In this document: positions 1 to 13,330 of the stretch, in pieces
How the letters are laid out: each line of letters starts with the position of its first letter
Position numbering within the stretch: position 1 is the stretch's first letter
Origin: Octopus vulgaris
Taxonomy: Eukaryota
Assembly: GCA_951406725.2 (NCBI GenBank)
Contig: OX597822.1
Location: forward strand, 67,456,001-67,520,000
Direction: 5' to 3'
DNA length: 64,000 nt
Position numbers and translations under genes: made by a program
Notes under the pieces: generated by a model
Told to the model about the DNA's origin: nothing
Databases searched by the model: none
The model's input: only the letters and a program-made list of their open reading frames with translations

Positions 1-184
1 GAGGATTAGGAAGATCGAAATAAAATTAGCAAGAGATCATGTTATGAAGGCAATCACCATATGGATTATGTTAGCGTAGGGATAATCTGCTCTTTTAGTA
101 AACTGGACAAGACGGAGTTATAAAAATTACACAGAAGACCTAGGAGGCTGCTCACTCTATAACACTCTATAAATAATATTGATC

Positions 185-378
185 TCAAATTTTGGCACAA
201 GGCCAGCAACTTCGTAGGAGGTGGTAAATTAAGTTCATCGATCCCAGTGCTTAACTGGTACTTCATTTACTTATCCTGAAAAGATGAAAGGCAAAATCGA
301 CCTCAGCGAAATTTGAATGCAGAACGTAAAGACGGGCAAAATACCGCTAAGCATTTTGCCCGACGTGCTCACGATTCA
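185..378 (-). mobile_element. tRNA-derived SINE family A, degraded copy
   Basis: Reverse complement matches family A head/body (cgtgctcacg...ccgctaagcattt...gaatttgaa...gatgaaaggcaaaatcgacctc) seen intact at 25408 and 44085. Confidence 0.75.
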
Positions 379-559
379 CCTTCACCTTGTAAGTAATATG
401 CACAGAGTCTACTTACCAATATGAAAAAGACAGTATAGGTTTGTTAGATGCAAGGTTCACAATCAATGATGCACTATTGCGTTTTAAAAAATCGTTTTGT
501 GTAGTGAAGACAGAATATGATCTACGACCAGAAATGTAAAGAAGTAACTAAAACAGAGA

Positions 560-1560
560 GTAAAATCAAGAGTGGAATCAAGAACGACCAGGAAAATAAC
601 TGAATACAGAAAGAATCACATGTCAATTTATGCAACAAACACGGATGTTGGAAGTTATAGCTGACAGGTGTAAATTTGAAACCCGAATCTGAATCACTGA
701 CTTTAGCCTCTCAGATACAATTCATTGGAACGAATTTGATAAAAACTAAGATTGATAATAATCAGGCTGAGGATAAACGCTAAGTGTGTGGAAAAGTAAG
801 TGAAATAATCTTGAACAAAAATAGCTTAAACGCAGGCATGACTGAGTCGATAAAAAAAGTGCGCTGCAATGTTTGACACGTTTGTCGGTTGGAAGTAACG
901 GAAAATTTATATCAGTGGTTCTCAACTGGAGTTCATATGACCCCTAGGGAGTCCACGCCAGAAAAATAATAAATTGAGGATCCACAGTATTGTTTTAAAG
1001 GTCCATATAAACTTTTGATCTAAGTATTGCAAAAACCTGCTAAGCTCCTTCCTCAGACGTTTTATATAGTTCAACCTATACAAGTGAATGTGTGTATACC
1101 AAAATAGAACTTTTGAAAGAATTACCGATAAAATTAGTTTTTAAACATCAAATCGCTATAGAGGTCCACCAGAACAAAATAGTAAACAAAAGGGTCTGTA
1201 AATAGAAAATGGTTGAGAATTAGTGATTTATATGAACACTATACAAAAGCATGGCACTGGAGAATTCTCCATAGAGACTAACCAGATATGATCAGAGAAA
1301 ACAGGGTAAAATCAGAGATTTATAATAACTTGTAATAGAAGAATGGATATGATGGAAACTGAGAAAAGCTGGAAATATTAGAAGCTAACCAGAAAGAGAA
1401 AGAGATTGTGGAGCAGTAAGTTAAAAATTGTTCTCTGATAATGGAAACACTCGACAGGATACAGAAACTTCAGTCTCAGAAACTGAAGGATATTAGGATT
1501 GAGGTATGTATTGTGCACCTGTGAAAAAGTAGTAGCATCCTGTTTTTTGAGGAGAATTCT
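560..1560 (+). mobile_element. Highly decayed R4/Dong-like non-LTR retrotransposon fragment (C-terminal region), interrupted by a hAT MITE
   Basis: Translation LKPESESLTLASQIQFIGTNLIKTKIDNNQAEDKR*VCGKVSE...KRRHD parallels LKAETEGFLIAAQDQ...CRICG...HRHD of the copy at 62483; multiple stops and frameshifts; boundaries approximate. Confidence 0.65.
913..1225. mobile_element. hAT-type MITE with 8-bp TSD
   Basis: Imperfect TIRs cagtggttctcaac / gttgagaattagtg; 8-bp direct repeat ATTTATAT at 905-912 and 1226-1233; related copy at ~12984-13330. Confidence 0.8.
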
Positions 1561-1669
1561 AAAAATAATTTTTAAAAAAGGAAGATATTCTTCACATTTC
1601 AGGGGGACTTGTTGTCACCAGATCTCAGGATAACATTGCTGCTGGCTAAATTTGCATCTAAACGCTTTC

Positions 1670-1670
<1 letters not shown>

Positions 1671-1742
<72 letters not shown>
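1671..1742. repeat. (AAT)n microsatellite
   Basis: Direct reading. Confidence 0.95.
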
Positions 1743-1981
1743 GTCCTTTCCACTGGAGGCACAAGGTCTCAAATTTGTGGAATGGGGACAAGTCAATTAT
1801 ATCGACCCCAGTGTTTCACTGGTACTTATTTTTATCGACCCCGAATGGATGAAAGTAAAAGTTGACCTTGGTGGAATTTGAACTCAGAAGGTCGACTTTG
1901 CCTTTCATCCATTCGGGGTCGATGAAAATAAGTACCAGTGAAACACTGGGGTCGATATAATTGACTAGTCCCCATCCCACA
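1743..1981. mobile_element. Fold-back (inverted) pair of SINE family A body fragments
   Basis: 1776-1869 is the near-perfect reverse complement of 1888-1981. Confidence 0.85.
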
Positions 1982-2089
1982 TGATAATAATGATAATAAC
2001 AACAACAATAACAACAGCAGCAGCAGCAACAACAACAACAACAACAATAATAATAATAATAATAATAATAAAGCGATAACCGTGATCGT

Positions 2090-2222
2090 TAAAGCCCATT
2101 TACTACGGAAAGCACTCTCCATCTAAAATGGGATGTGTGGGGATAATTTAAGCATGCATAGCAAAACAAAAGTGCCCTTGCTACCGGAGGATGCCCAGTA
2201 CTAAGGCAGCTGAAATAAGGTT
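2090..2222 (+). mobile_element. Short 3' end of an R4/Dong-like LINE between trinucleotide tracts
   Basis: gcccatttactacggaaagcactctccatctaa = AHLLRKALSI*, matching the Dong-like C-terminus GTAHILRRTLSIQ* (63168) and GTAHIIRKILSM* (~26920). Confidence 0.55.
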
Positions 2223-2245
2223 ATAATGAAAGGAAGCTATAAACA

Positions 2246-2351
2246 ATGATGATGATGATGATGATGAGGACGACGACGATGGCGATGATGATGATGAGGA
2301 TGATGATGATGATGATGGTGGTGGTGACAACGACACCGACGACGACAATGG

Positions 2352-2384
<33 letters not shown>

Positions 2385-2436
2385 CAACGACAACGACGAC
2401 GACAATGGTGATGATGATGATGATGATGATGATGAT
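2246..2436. repeat. Compound (GAT)n/(GAC)n microsatellite
   Basis: Direct reading; explains the poly-M/H/S/I ORFs. Confidence 0.95.
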
Positions 2437-3271
2437 TTCTGTTATTGGCCACAAGGGACCAAGAGATTGAGGACAACATCAAAGGGCGAATTAGAACATA
2501 AAAGGTGATAAAGATAAAGATAATAATTTACATTCATTTATGTATGTGTGCGTGTGTGTGTGACGTATGTATTCAAAGAGAGAGAGAGGGGGGAAGATAG
2601 GAAGGGAGAGAGTGAGAGTGATGGAGTGGGAGAGAGAGAGGGAGAGAGAGAGAGAAATAGAGACGCCTTGCTGTTCTCCCGAATAACAGATCGTAATCGT
2701 TAATACAATTTCTTCTCTGACACTCTACACACTCGATGATCTTCAACAGATATAAATTCTGCGTTAAACTTGAGGTTAGAGGTTTGGCGGTGAGGGTACT
2801 GTTGATTATAATGATCTCAGTACGTGACCAATTCTCTATTTTAATCGACCTCGGAAAGATCAAACGAAAATCGCACTGGGGATGGTTTAAGGTTAGGAAA
2901 TAAAGAGACGGAATGACCAAACACTGAAGTACTTAACGTTAACCATTTTATCATTGATGCCACAACTTACTAGAATCACCATATCTACTACTACTACTAC
3001 TAGTAGTAGTAGTAGTAGTAGTAGTACCGCCCCTTCGATTTCTCTTCCCTGACACTTAAGAAGTGAAAAAAAAATATAATATGAGACTTCTTGCACTTCC
3101 ACAGAACAATAGATCTCAATTGTTAATACGATTTACATTTTTTTTTTTTGTTTTTAATTTCTATTTCCTCAGACACCTCACACATGCGCAGTGATCTTTA
3201 ACAGGCAGTCTCTATCTCATTAAACCAACTTCGAAACATCACAAGACAAAAGGCCAAAAATTTTATATAAA

Positions 3272-3455
3272 ATGATGATGATAATGATAATGATGATGAT
3301 GATGATGATGATGATGGGGTGATGTAGCGGTGGTGGTGGTGGTGGTGGTGATGATGGCGAGGACGACGTCAACGATGATGGTGATGATGATGATGTTGGT
3401 GGTGACCATTATTGTGGTGACGATGATGATGATGATGATGTTGATGATGATGATC
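3272..3455. repeat. Degenerate (GAT)n/(GGT)n microsatellite
   Basis: Direct reading. Confidence 0.9.
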
Positions 3456-4076
3456 ACGGCGATCGCCAAATCTAAAGGACAATTTTTACACTGAAGCTGT
3501 AATTCCAATAAGAACCAAGGCCTGTATTTTCTCCAAAGACATTTTAGCTCTGGCTGGCTAAATCATAATCTACTTCTATTTTATAACTAATTGAAGGACA
3601 CTTAACGGTGGGTGGGGGGGTCAGTGAGCAGGAAACAATTTTCTCTGGCTAATTTCAACCAATCTTTTATATTTCATGGAGACATTCTTTATTTTCCGTT
3701 CGCTTTTTTATTATTTTTTTTTATTTTAATCTCTTTTTTTCTATTTTTCTATATATTTATTTCCTTTACCTTCTTTTCACAGGATTTTTCTCATCTTTTC
3801 TCATCTTTTTTGCATCGTATTTTTGTTACTGCTCCTGACGTTACACATTTTTTATATATATTTCGATATATTTAAGTGGAATTCGTTTTCGGTTATATCA
3901 ATATTTTTTGCATTTTGTATTATATTTTTTCTTTCCTAATTTTCATTATTTTCGCATAATTATCTATTATGTCCTTTTCCCATGTGATATTTCCCGTTTT
4001 ACTTTAATAGCTGAATTGCTCAATTGTCATACATATATAATATAATATATGATATATATGTGTATATGTATATATA

Positions 4077-4138
<62 letters not shown>

Positions 4139-4181
4139 TGTATGTATATGTATATATGCATGTATGTATATATATATATAT

Positions 4182-6547
4182 TTTTTTATTTTATCTAGTT
4201 TCAGCTCACGAGTTGTGGCCATGCTGGGGCACCGCCATTTGGTGTTGCTACATGATTTTACTTCACGAATGCTTTTTAGCAACTGCCATTTGGTGCATGA
4301 GAGAGTTCGACGCAGCTGCCCTCATCTGCACCTCCTGCCGTGAAGTTGGTTCATCCGGGACACCTGACAGGAAGAGATCCAGTCCTACTTTAAAGACATC
4401 CGCATCCACCCCATGCAGGTCCCTCAGGTTCTTCAGGAGGATATTGAAGAGCTGTGGGCCTCTGAAGCCCAGGCTATCACAGTATCTTGTCCTACATCTT
4501 GATGGCAAATTCGGAGTCCTTGGCACTACGCAGTGGCGCTCAGTTCTGGCCTTTGTATAACTCTCGATGCCAAAGTTTGGAACAAGTCCTTGCAGGTTCT
4601 TCCAGATGTATATTATGGTATATCTTTCTCGCCTAGGCTCCAAGGAATAGAGTTTTAATCTCTTGAGTCTTTCCCAGTAGCTTATATGCTGCACAGAGGC
4701 TATCTTCTTCGTGTAGCTTCGTTGGATCGCCTCAAGTTCTGTGATCAACTTGACACTGGATGGTGACCATAGCTGAGAGCAATAGTCAAAGTGGCTTAGG
4801 ACTAGTGTCCTCCAGAGGACCATCATGGTTTCTTGGTCTCTTGTTCTAAGGGTTCTAAGAATCCATCCGGCCAGCCGTCTACATTTCATTGCCAATTTAG
4901 CAACATGTAGATGAAAGGTTGCGTCATCACTCATGTAAATACCCAGGCCACGCACTGATTGTGCCTCTGGGATTGCAATCCATCCAGGTCCAGTGTATTC
5001 ATTGGGTATTGCATTTAGTTTTGCATGCTGATAGCATAAAGCTTGAAACTTTTCAGCATTGAACTGCATGCTATTCTTTTCAGCCCACTTGTATATTTTG
5101 TCCAGCTCACATTGCAAGTGCTTAGTATCTTCAGGGTTCTGTATTGCCTGTGAAACTTTTGTATCATCTGCATAACTTGTGATCGTGGCTCTCTGCGTGG
5201 CTGAGGGCATGTCTGAGAGGGCCATTATGAACAGTAGTGGTCCCAAAACAGTGCCCTGCGGAACACCGCTCACTATTTGCGTGTTAAATTGGCTACTACC
5301 ACCTGACTTCTATCCTTCAGAAAGTCATGAAGCCATTCTCCCAATTTTCCAACTATGCCAAGATCACGCAGTCTGTGACATATCATTCCATGATCGACTT
5401 TATCAAAGGCCTTTGCAAAGTCGATATATATGACTTCCACATTTGAGTGGTTGAACAGTCGTTTCAGCACCCAGTCATAATGTTGTAGGAGCTGAGTTAA
5501 GCAGCTTCTTCCCGGTCGGAAACCATGTTGGGTGTCAGGCAGCAAGTCATTTTCTTCAAGGAAGGTGATTAGTTTCCTTCTGACTATTCGTTCCATGACC
5601 TTGCTGATGTGTGAGATCAGAGAGATAGGTCTGTAGTTCTTGGCCTCCGCTCTGCTACCTCCTTTATGAATAGGGCATATTTTACCTTCCTTCAGTTTTC
5701 TTGGAAGTTTGCCAGTTGCAAGGAAGCTCTAAAAGAGGAAATGCAGTGGTCTTGCTAGGACTCTCTTACATACTTTTAGGATTGCCGGGAATCCATCGGG
5801 GCCAGTAGCTGAGTTTGTTTTCATTTCATATATAGCCTTTATTACATCGTCTTCCTTTATATTGATGTAATCAATCATCGCTGCCTCTGATTTTATATCT
5901 ACAGTGGTAAAGAAGTCAGTTGGATTGGTGATTTGGAAATGTCCAAGGGGTGGAGTGAAAACACTCTTGAATTGCTCATTTAGTATTTCACTTACCCTCA
6001 TTGGATTTTCTGTGAGTGTGCCATCTTTTCAAGGAGTTGCCCTATCCTACAGTGCACCGTAGCTGTTTTTTTGACATACCTGTAGAAAGCTCTGGGGTTA
6101 GATTTTAAGTGGTCTATTGCCCAGGCTTCTTTGTCTGCTCTTTCCTTTTCATGGGAGAGTTGCAGACATTTTTCAATTTCCAACAGTTCTATTTTCAGGC
6201 GGGACTTTTCACTGCTTTCAATTTGTTTGTTTAGGCGATTTGAAACTTTTGTACGCCGTCTCATTAGAATTTTCCTCTCTCTGGGGATTTTGTTCTTGTG
6301 TACAGTGGCCTTTCTCTCTGGGACACATTTGTAGCATATGGCTTACATTACATACATGAATTGTTGAAGTTTCATGTCGATGTCTGGCGAGGAGAGACAT
6401 TCAGGCCAGTTTTGTTTGAGGATCTCTTTCTCAATTTGTGGAAGTTCAAGCTGGAAAGATTCTGAGAGTTTCTTGTAGGCTGCATGTCCTTGCTTTCCTT
6501 TGGCCCGTACATGGTCAGCTCTACCATGTTGTGATCCGAGAGTAGTG

Positions 6548-6549
<2 letters not shown>
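4182..6549 (-). mobile_element. 5'-truncated CR1-group LINE (APE tail + reverse transcriptase), disrupted ORF2
   Basis: RT motifs FRPGRSCLTQLL, YIDFAKAFDKVDH, SGVPQGTVLGPLLF, YADDTK in ORFs 5273-5596 and 4263-5273; GPDG motif ~5800; APE SDH motif (LLSDHNMVEL) near 6520-6545; several frameshifts; (TA)n on both flanks. Confidence 0.92.
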
Positions 6550-6588
<39 letters not shown>

Positions 6589-6675
6589 TAATACATGAAT
6601 GTATTCATGCATACATATATACTACCTGCATCCGTATATACATATGCATTTGTGTATTTATTAAACTGATAGATG

Positions 6676-6741
<66 letters not shown>

Positions 6742-6832
6742 AAGAAAGAAAGAAAAATTGAATGAAGGAGATGCAGATACACAGAATGAGATAGATTCAA
6801 AAACAGACAGATACGCTCATACATGCCTATAT

Positions 6833-7716
6833 ACAGGGTGCGGTGAATATCTTGGCTAAATTCCGCAAAAATGAAAATTACATTGACATCTCATTTTAAC
6901 AGATATATTTACCAAATTTACATAAAAATATCTTGAAATACTAAAGAGTAAATCTATTCAATAAAATCGACATTGTCTTCAACCACGGCCTCCAGACGAC
7001 TGCGGAATCTCCTGCAACTCTTCTGGACGCTTTCCTTGTTTAAGTTGGTGAACGCTGCCATAATCCTTGCCTAATTTGGTGTCACAAACAGTTTTGTTGG
7101 TCTTTTACTCACCTGTGCCATACACATAATAATCAAAGGAATTGCAGTCTGGGGAGTTAGACAGCCAGATATTAGGGGTGATGTGATCGCAGAAATTGTC
7201 TGACAGCCATGCCTGCGTTCTCCTGCTTGTATAACAAGGTGCAAAATCCTGTTGCCAATCATAGGTCTTCCAGCAGCCATCTTCTTGACCTAGGGGAGCA
7301 CTACCTCCTTTAGGCACTTGATGTGGGCCTCTGTGTTGAGTCTGAGGTCGTGTGGGAAGATGAATAGAGGCATAACGTCGCCAAGACTAGTGATCATTCC
7401 AGACACCATTATGTTGACTATATGTTTGATTTTCCTCACTTTTGGTACATGTCCTCAGCTTGCACTCTCCTCAGATTGACACCCAAACACTCTGAAATGT
7501 TCGTATTGTAGCTTTTGGCGCGAATGCCAAGCAGTACAGCATGTCCTTTCCAAATCTCTGGCAGAGTGAAATGCGTCATGGTGCTGTTTTTTTTCTCACA
7601 CAGAGTGCCCATCTGACCCTACTATGCTATGTAGTCGACAAGATCAAAAATATACAATACGCATGCGCGAAATTAAGAGTATAAGATGTTGACAGTTTAC
7701 TCATCGTACTCTCTAT
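6833..7716 (-). mobile_element. Decayed Tc1/mariner-superfamily transposon (DD37D-like)
   Basis: WQQDFAPCYTSRRTQAWL...IWLSNSPDCNSFDYYVYG in ORF 7105-7317 (QQD-APxH and SPDxNPxD motifs); degraded TIR tacagggtgcggtg at the left end. Confidence 0.8.
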
Positions 7717-8074
7717 ATAAACTTATTAAAGAAAAGCATGTTTCAATGTACTTTGCAAAGGAGTACTCGAACGCATTCCTTTATATACTGGCATCTACGC
7801 ATATTCATATCCACCCTCTAGTAACCATAAATTACACGCACACACTCATTGCTAGAAAGAAGAGCTAAAAACTCTTAATGCTGTAAGAAGAGTGCAATAT
7901 ATATATACACCTACAGGAGAGTTAACCGCACAATTACCGTCCCTTGAATCACAAGATTAGGCCTAGTTTCAGCAATTCCGTAGGCCTCATCAGTAGTAAC
8001 TGCTCAAACGGTCGATGGTTTGGCAAATTTCGTCTGCCAGTATATATTCTTTTATATTCTTTTCTTTTTCGTTT

Positions 8075-8299
8075 CTACTTTTATTTGTTTCAGTCATTTG
8101 ACTGCGGCCATGCTGGAGCATCCCCTTTTAGTCGAGCAAATCGCCCCCAGGACTTATTCGTTGTAAGCCTAGTACTTATTCTATCGCTCTCTCTTGCCGA
8201 ACCGCTAGGTGACGGGGACGTAAACACACCAGCATCGGTTGTAATGCGATGTTGGGGGAACAAACACAAACACACACGCACACACGCACACACACACAT

Positions 8300-8331
<32 letters not shown>

Positions 8332-8346
8332 CTATCTATTTATCTA

Positions 8347-8414
<68 letters not shown>

Positions 8415-8588
8415 ACATATATATATATACGACAGGCTTGTTTCAGTTTCCGTCTACCAAATCTACTTACAAGGCTTTCGTCGGCCCGAGGCTATAGTAG
8501 AAGACACTTGCCCAAGGTGTCACGCAGTGGGACTGAACCCGAAACCATGTGGTTGGTAATCAAGCTACTTACCACACAGCCACTCCTA
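8075..8588 (-). mobile_element. tRNA-derived SINE family B with internal CA/TA microsatellite
   Basis: Head ggagtggctgtgtggtaagtagcttg...gggttcagtccc, caccttgggcaagtgtctt block, tail ccagcatggccgcagtcaaatgactgaaaca; many copies in window. Confidence 0.9.
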
Positions 8589-10087
8589 TTTTACTATAAA
8601 AAATTAAGGCTGATTTAGCGAAATGCTCATACGTATACTAAAAATTAATATAAACATCTTCATGTAGTTCCTTTCTGTTGTTAATGGTTGTTTATAAGGA
8701 GGGCCTCCATGGTTCTGAGATCGCACCATTAGGAAATTGCCGGTTCGCATAAATGATCATATGCATACAGAAACTTCAGTTAAAAAGCATGTGAAGAATT
8801 TCCAGACCTAGAATTTTCAGGTGTCCATCAGGGCCCCTAAGCACAAAAGGGGCCAATCTCAGACTCGAAATCAAATGCTGCCAGTCCGTTTAGACTTTGT
8901 ATCTTATCCCACCGTTGGTCTGAAGGTAATATGTAATTTATCTAGTTCAATGGATTACAGCTGCTGCAACACATCATTTGTGCATTACATGGGTAAGTGC
9001 ACATTACGTAATGCTGCAGAAATTGAAACCAGCCATTAACAACAGGGAGGAACTACATGAGTTAGATTGCTTACTGCAGATTTCAATGATACGTGGAGAT
9101 AAATATGCAAAAATATTAGTTTCTATTCTGCAGCATCCGATTTCATATCGTATAAACAAAAGGTCAACATCTGATCGGGGTACACCAAAATCCATGCAGC
9201 GTAGAAAGCAGATACAACAACCACATGTTTACGTTTAGTATATAAGATAGAGATCAAACACAGATTACAACCCGCCTTGATTCGAACTAAGAACGTTAAT
9301 AAACGTGACTAAATTCCGGAAGTCATTAAGTCTGGCAATGTCCTCATTTTGGCGCCTCTTAGTGCTGTTCCAGTAACATAATGTTGAATATAATTTATCT
9401 CAAATGAAACGATCATTATAATAGCTCTGATGATATTCTATGCTAGAACATCGTTCCAAAAGGTTAGCTACAACCATTATTCAGTGCTGGATGGCTGTAG
9501 TTTCATTGGCATGACAAACATTAGAATATTTGCGAGAGTAATTCCAAGCATGAAGATTAAATTTGTAATTAGTATAGCGACATGAAATGTTTCGCAGGTT
9601 AATAGTTTTAAGGTGAAAGGTAGAATTTAATCGATTCAAATCTTGATTGAAAATGCGAAATTCCAAAATTGGTGTGTGTGAGGAAAGAGATCCTTGCGTT
9701 TCAAAGAACATAAATTTTGGTTTAGTTTTTAATTAGAAAAAAACTTTCCACAAAAGTAAATATTACAATCGATCATTAATGCAATCACTTTGCAAAAATT
9801 TGTCAATTCATTAAACTTGGCGTAATTTAATTTTCTCTTCACTTCTAGCAGGTTATATGTGTCAGGAGTGAGAGTCATATCTTCCCAACTAATTAGGGTT
9901 CCGGATGCCGTTCGAAAGTTCAACTGAAACTTGACTGCCTTCTTGGCAATTTTACATAACGTTCAGTTGTGCATTCCATCTCACTTTAGATATGTTCCAT
10001 GCATAACCACAACACAGTGAATGGAATCTACAAAGCAAAAAACAAGTTATTTGCTACATTGCAAGGAGTTTAAAGCCATCTTTATTG

Positions 10088-10765
10088 TACGTGGTCTGAT
10101 GAATAAGTATCAGGTATGTTGTCATAGTAACGAAGCTAAAGCACGCACAGATTGACCTTAAACTCTGTTGTGTATGCGCGCTAAAATTTAATGTTCTAGC
10201 TCACTTCCGTTGCTTACGGCAGTGCTTGGAAGGAAGATGTGTAGCGTGTGATCATCCCATTGAAAACGACAGAGAAAGTTGAACGGAGAATCTGCAACAA
10301 ATTTTGCCAAAAGCTTGATGATACCTGCTCAAAGACCTACGTAAAGTTTTCAAACGGTTTTCATCGTTCCTGACGCAATCAAGATCTTGTGCAACTGAAA
10401 CCCGAGTGTCATTTTGGTCAGCTGAAAGCAGTTTTGGGCATAAAGAGCGACATTTTGCGGCCATCTTGGAAACGTCTGAACCATTCGTACACTTGTGTGC
10501 GGAACATGCACTCCTCTCCATACTCTTTCTGCAACCTTGCGTATCGCCATGTCAGCTTCCTCTGTCATGGTCAATACGACGATCACAAGCCACACACGTT
10601 CATTCCAAGCACTGCTGTAAACAGCGGAAGTGAGCTAGAACGTTAAAACTTAGTGCGCATGTACAGCAGACTTCAAGGTCAATCTTTGCAAAGCGGCTTC
10701 ACTCAGCGTGCTTTAGCTTCGTTACTATAGCAACAATCCGGGTACTTATTGATTAAGCCTCATAT
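10088..10765. mobile_element. Mariner-derived non-autonomous element with ~170-bp terminal inverted repeats
   Basis: 10088-10254 is inverted relative to 10581-10765; internal mariner N-terminal relics ERRICNKFCQKL (+) and PKLLSADQNDTRVSVAQDL (-); TA flanks. Confidence 0.8.
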
Positions 10766-12983
10766 ACTTACAGTAACAGAATTCAGCTTATAACATGCTG
10801 TAAGGCAGAAACATTATTCAGTACATACCAGGGCGATGAGGTGATTGGTGGGATTGGTACACTGAGGGAAAAAAATACTTTGCTCTATGAAATAAAATTT
10901 GTTTTTGATTCAGCTTCAGTAAAACAATGTACATTTTAGTGCTAGGTTTAACTTAATAGACCCTACACCCTAAAAACTGATATAATTTTGTACGTATGGT
11001 TGACAAAAATTCCTACATGTATTAACACATTTTCCCCATTATTTCTGACAAATAGCATTTTAAGCTACATAATGGTCTGAGCAACTGATTACATTTATTT
11101 GGTTCCAGCGGCGCAGATGTTTCCATGTTGACCCAGATTCAGAATGAAATGGAAATTACTCTATCTGACGCACAGTATTCGGTGCTAGATTTTCCTCAGT
11201 AACTTCAAATCTTAAAACAATTCAAACCCAAACGGTACTTATTGTAAGTAGTATAGGTACTATTTTCTTCGGAAACCATTGGTTCCAGAGCTTTTTGGAT
11301 TACTGAATTTTTTCGAACGAGAGTTGGTTACTTTCGCCAATAACTCTACATTAAGCAAATTATTAAATGGAATAAATGTACTTATACTTTAGAGTAAATT
11401 ACTCCGTATTATAAAGATGTTCCAGATCAAGGGTGCCATGAAGTCGATGTTGTAGTTTTATCGAAATTTTTAATGGTGGAGACTAAAATTCTCTATTACA
11501 TTTACATTGATATAAATATGCTAAAATATTAGTTCCCATTCTGCAGCATCCGATTTCGAATCGTGTAATAATCAACTCTGTCCATTTACTTTTTTGATGG
11601 AAGAAATGGATTTCTGTAATAAAGTATCCCAAGATAGTCTCGCGAATTAATGTAAGGCCATAATTGAACGTAATAATACTATGAAAGTGATTTATTTCTT
11701 AACAAGGTTTCCCAAATTGCAACTAAATGTTGAAGTGTAAATATTGGTTTCCTATGAATTGGCACTAAAGAGGATTATTGCCGATTTAATATATCTCACT
11801 ACATTACAGCATCTTATTTTATTGGCTCCAAAATGGTGAAAGGAAGGGTTTTATCTGAGAACATAGGGAAACAGCGCTAAGTGTTTTATATAAATTTCGT
11901 GGAATTCTCAACCGTTTCTGCCAATTCAATGTATATATTTACTTGTTTGAGATTCCCTCTGGTGTTATCCATTACAGGCGGGAAACGGGTCAGTTGACTT
12001 GTGATGGCAGATTATGGATCCCCACTCACTGTGCATTAATTAGATACTGTTGTTTTGATCATTCTCTCAATTTACTTTTACACAGAATGAATACGACAAC
12101 TCTATAGTGTAATTGTCATAGATAGCTTTTAAGTCAACCAAGCATAGACAAAGAATCCCCATTGTTGATTTCTTTTGCATAGCATGCAATAAAAATTGCG
12201 TCAGTGACGAAACCTATTTTCATTGGAAGCAATCGTAGTTACTCCATTAAGGCTGAGTCATTTGAGAACACCACCTAACCATTCCGTTCGCATTTTCGAT
12301 AGAGTTTTACAGACAGTATTTATGATTTTCATTTCTGAGATATTGCCAAGCTCTATCTTACTAATTTTGTTATCGATTTAATCATTGAAACAGAACACTT
12401 TCATCTTAATGAAAGGCAATATCTAACTTATTCTGTTGTACGATGCACAGCTAATAATTTAAATCAATTTCCGGAAAGTTTCTCGAAACAGCAAAATAAA
12501 GAACTTTAACGATGATTAGACGTTGGCCTCCAATATTGATTCAATTAACACAATTTTGTAAAAATAAACAAACAAAATAAAAAGAAGAGGCTAACATTAG
12601 TTTTCAATAATATCTCGTTAAACATAGTTGGTAATATCATAATAATGAAGCAATGATTGCATCAGCTTTTAGTTACATAAAAATATGATTTTAGAAATAA
12701 AATTATCTCTAATTTGTTTAAATTTCCCACCGGCAAACTTTTTTAAAACTATAACATTTTTCTTAATTTTTTTCAATGCAATTCCGGTTTTTAATAATCA
12801 ATAAATGATTGTTTATATCCTCAGGAGAACAATTTACTATTATCTCAATAAAATGTGGGTGATCACTTTAAGTTACTGGCAGGACGGGGTAGTTTCCCGT
12901 AACTCATTTACTTCGGGTAGATACAGAAATGTAAAGAAGTCAAGGATAACCTGTCGCACGGTCTAATATCATCTTTTAGGCCC

Positions 12984-13330
12984 TTGGTACTCAACCCGGG
13001 CCCATATGGCCCCCTAACTGTCCAAGTAAGATTTATCAGGGTCCACGTAACAAAATAGAACATTTGAGATCCACGATGGTATTTTAAGGGCTCTTGAAAA
13101 AAATTTCATCTAGATATATCTTTTGGCATGTATTGAGAGAAAGAGATAGAGTTACTTTCAGTAACATTTTATATAATTCAAATAACACAAGTTCATGTAT
13201 GAAAAACACCAGGAACTTTGAAAGAGGTATCTATGAAACTAGTTATCAAACGTCGAATAGCTGTGGTGTCCACCAAACCAAAATAGTAATCAAATGGTAC
13301 CCATAAATGAAAAACGTTTGAGAACCTGTT
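12984..13330. mobile_element. hAT-type MITE, same family as 913-1225
   Basis: Shared blocks (ggtactcaac, catatggcccc, gtccacg, gtccaccaaaccaaaatagtaa, tttgagaacc). Confidence 0.7.
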
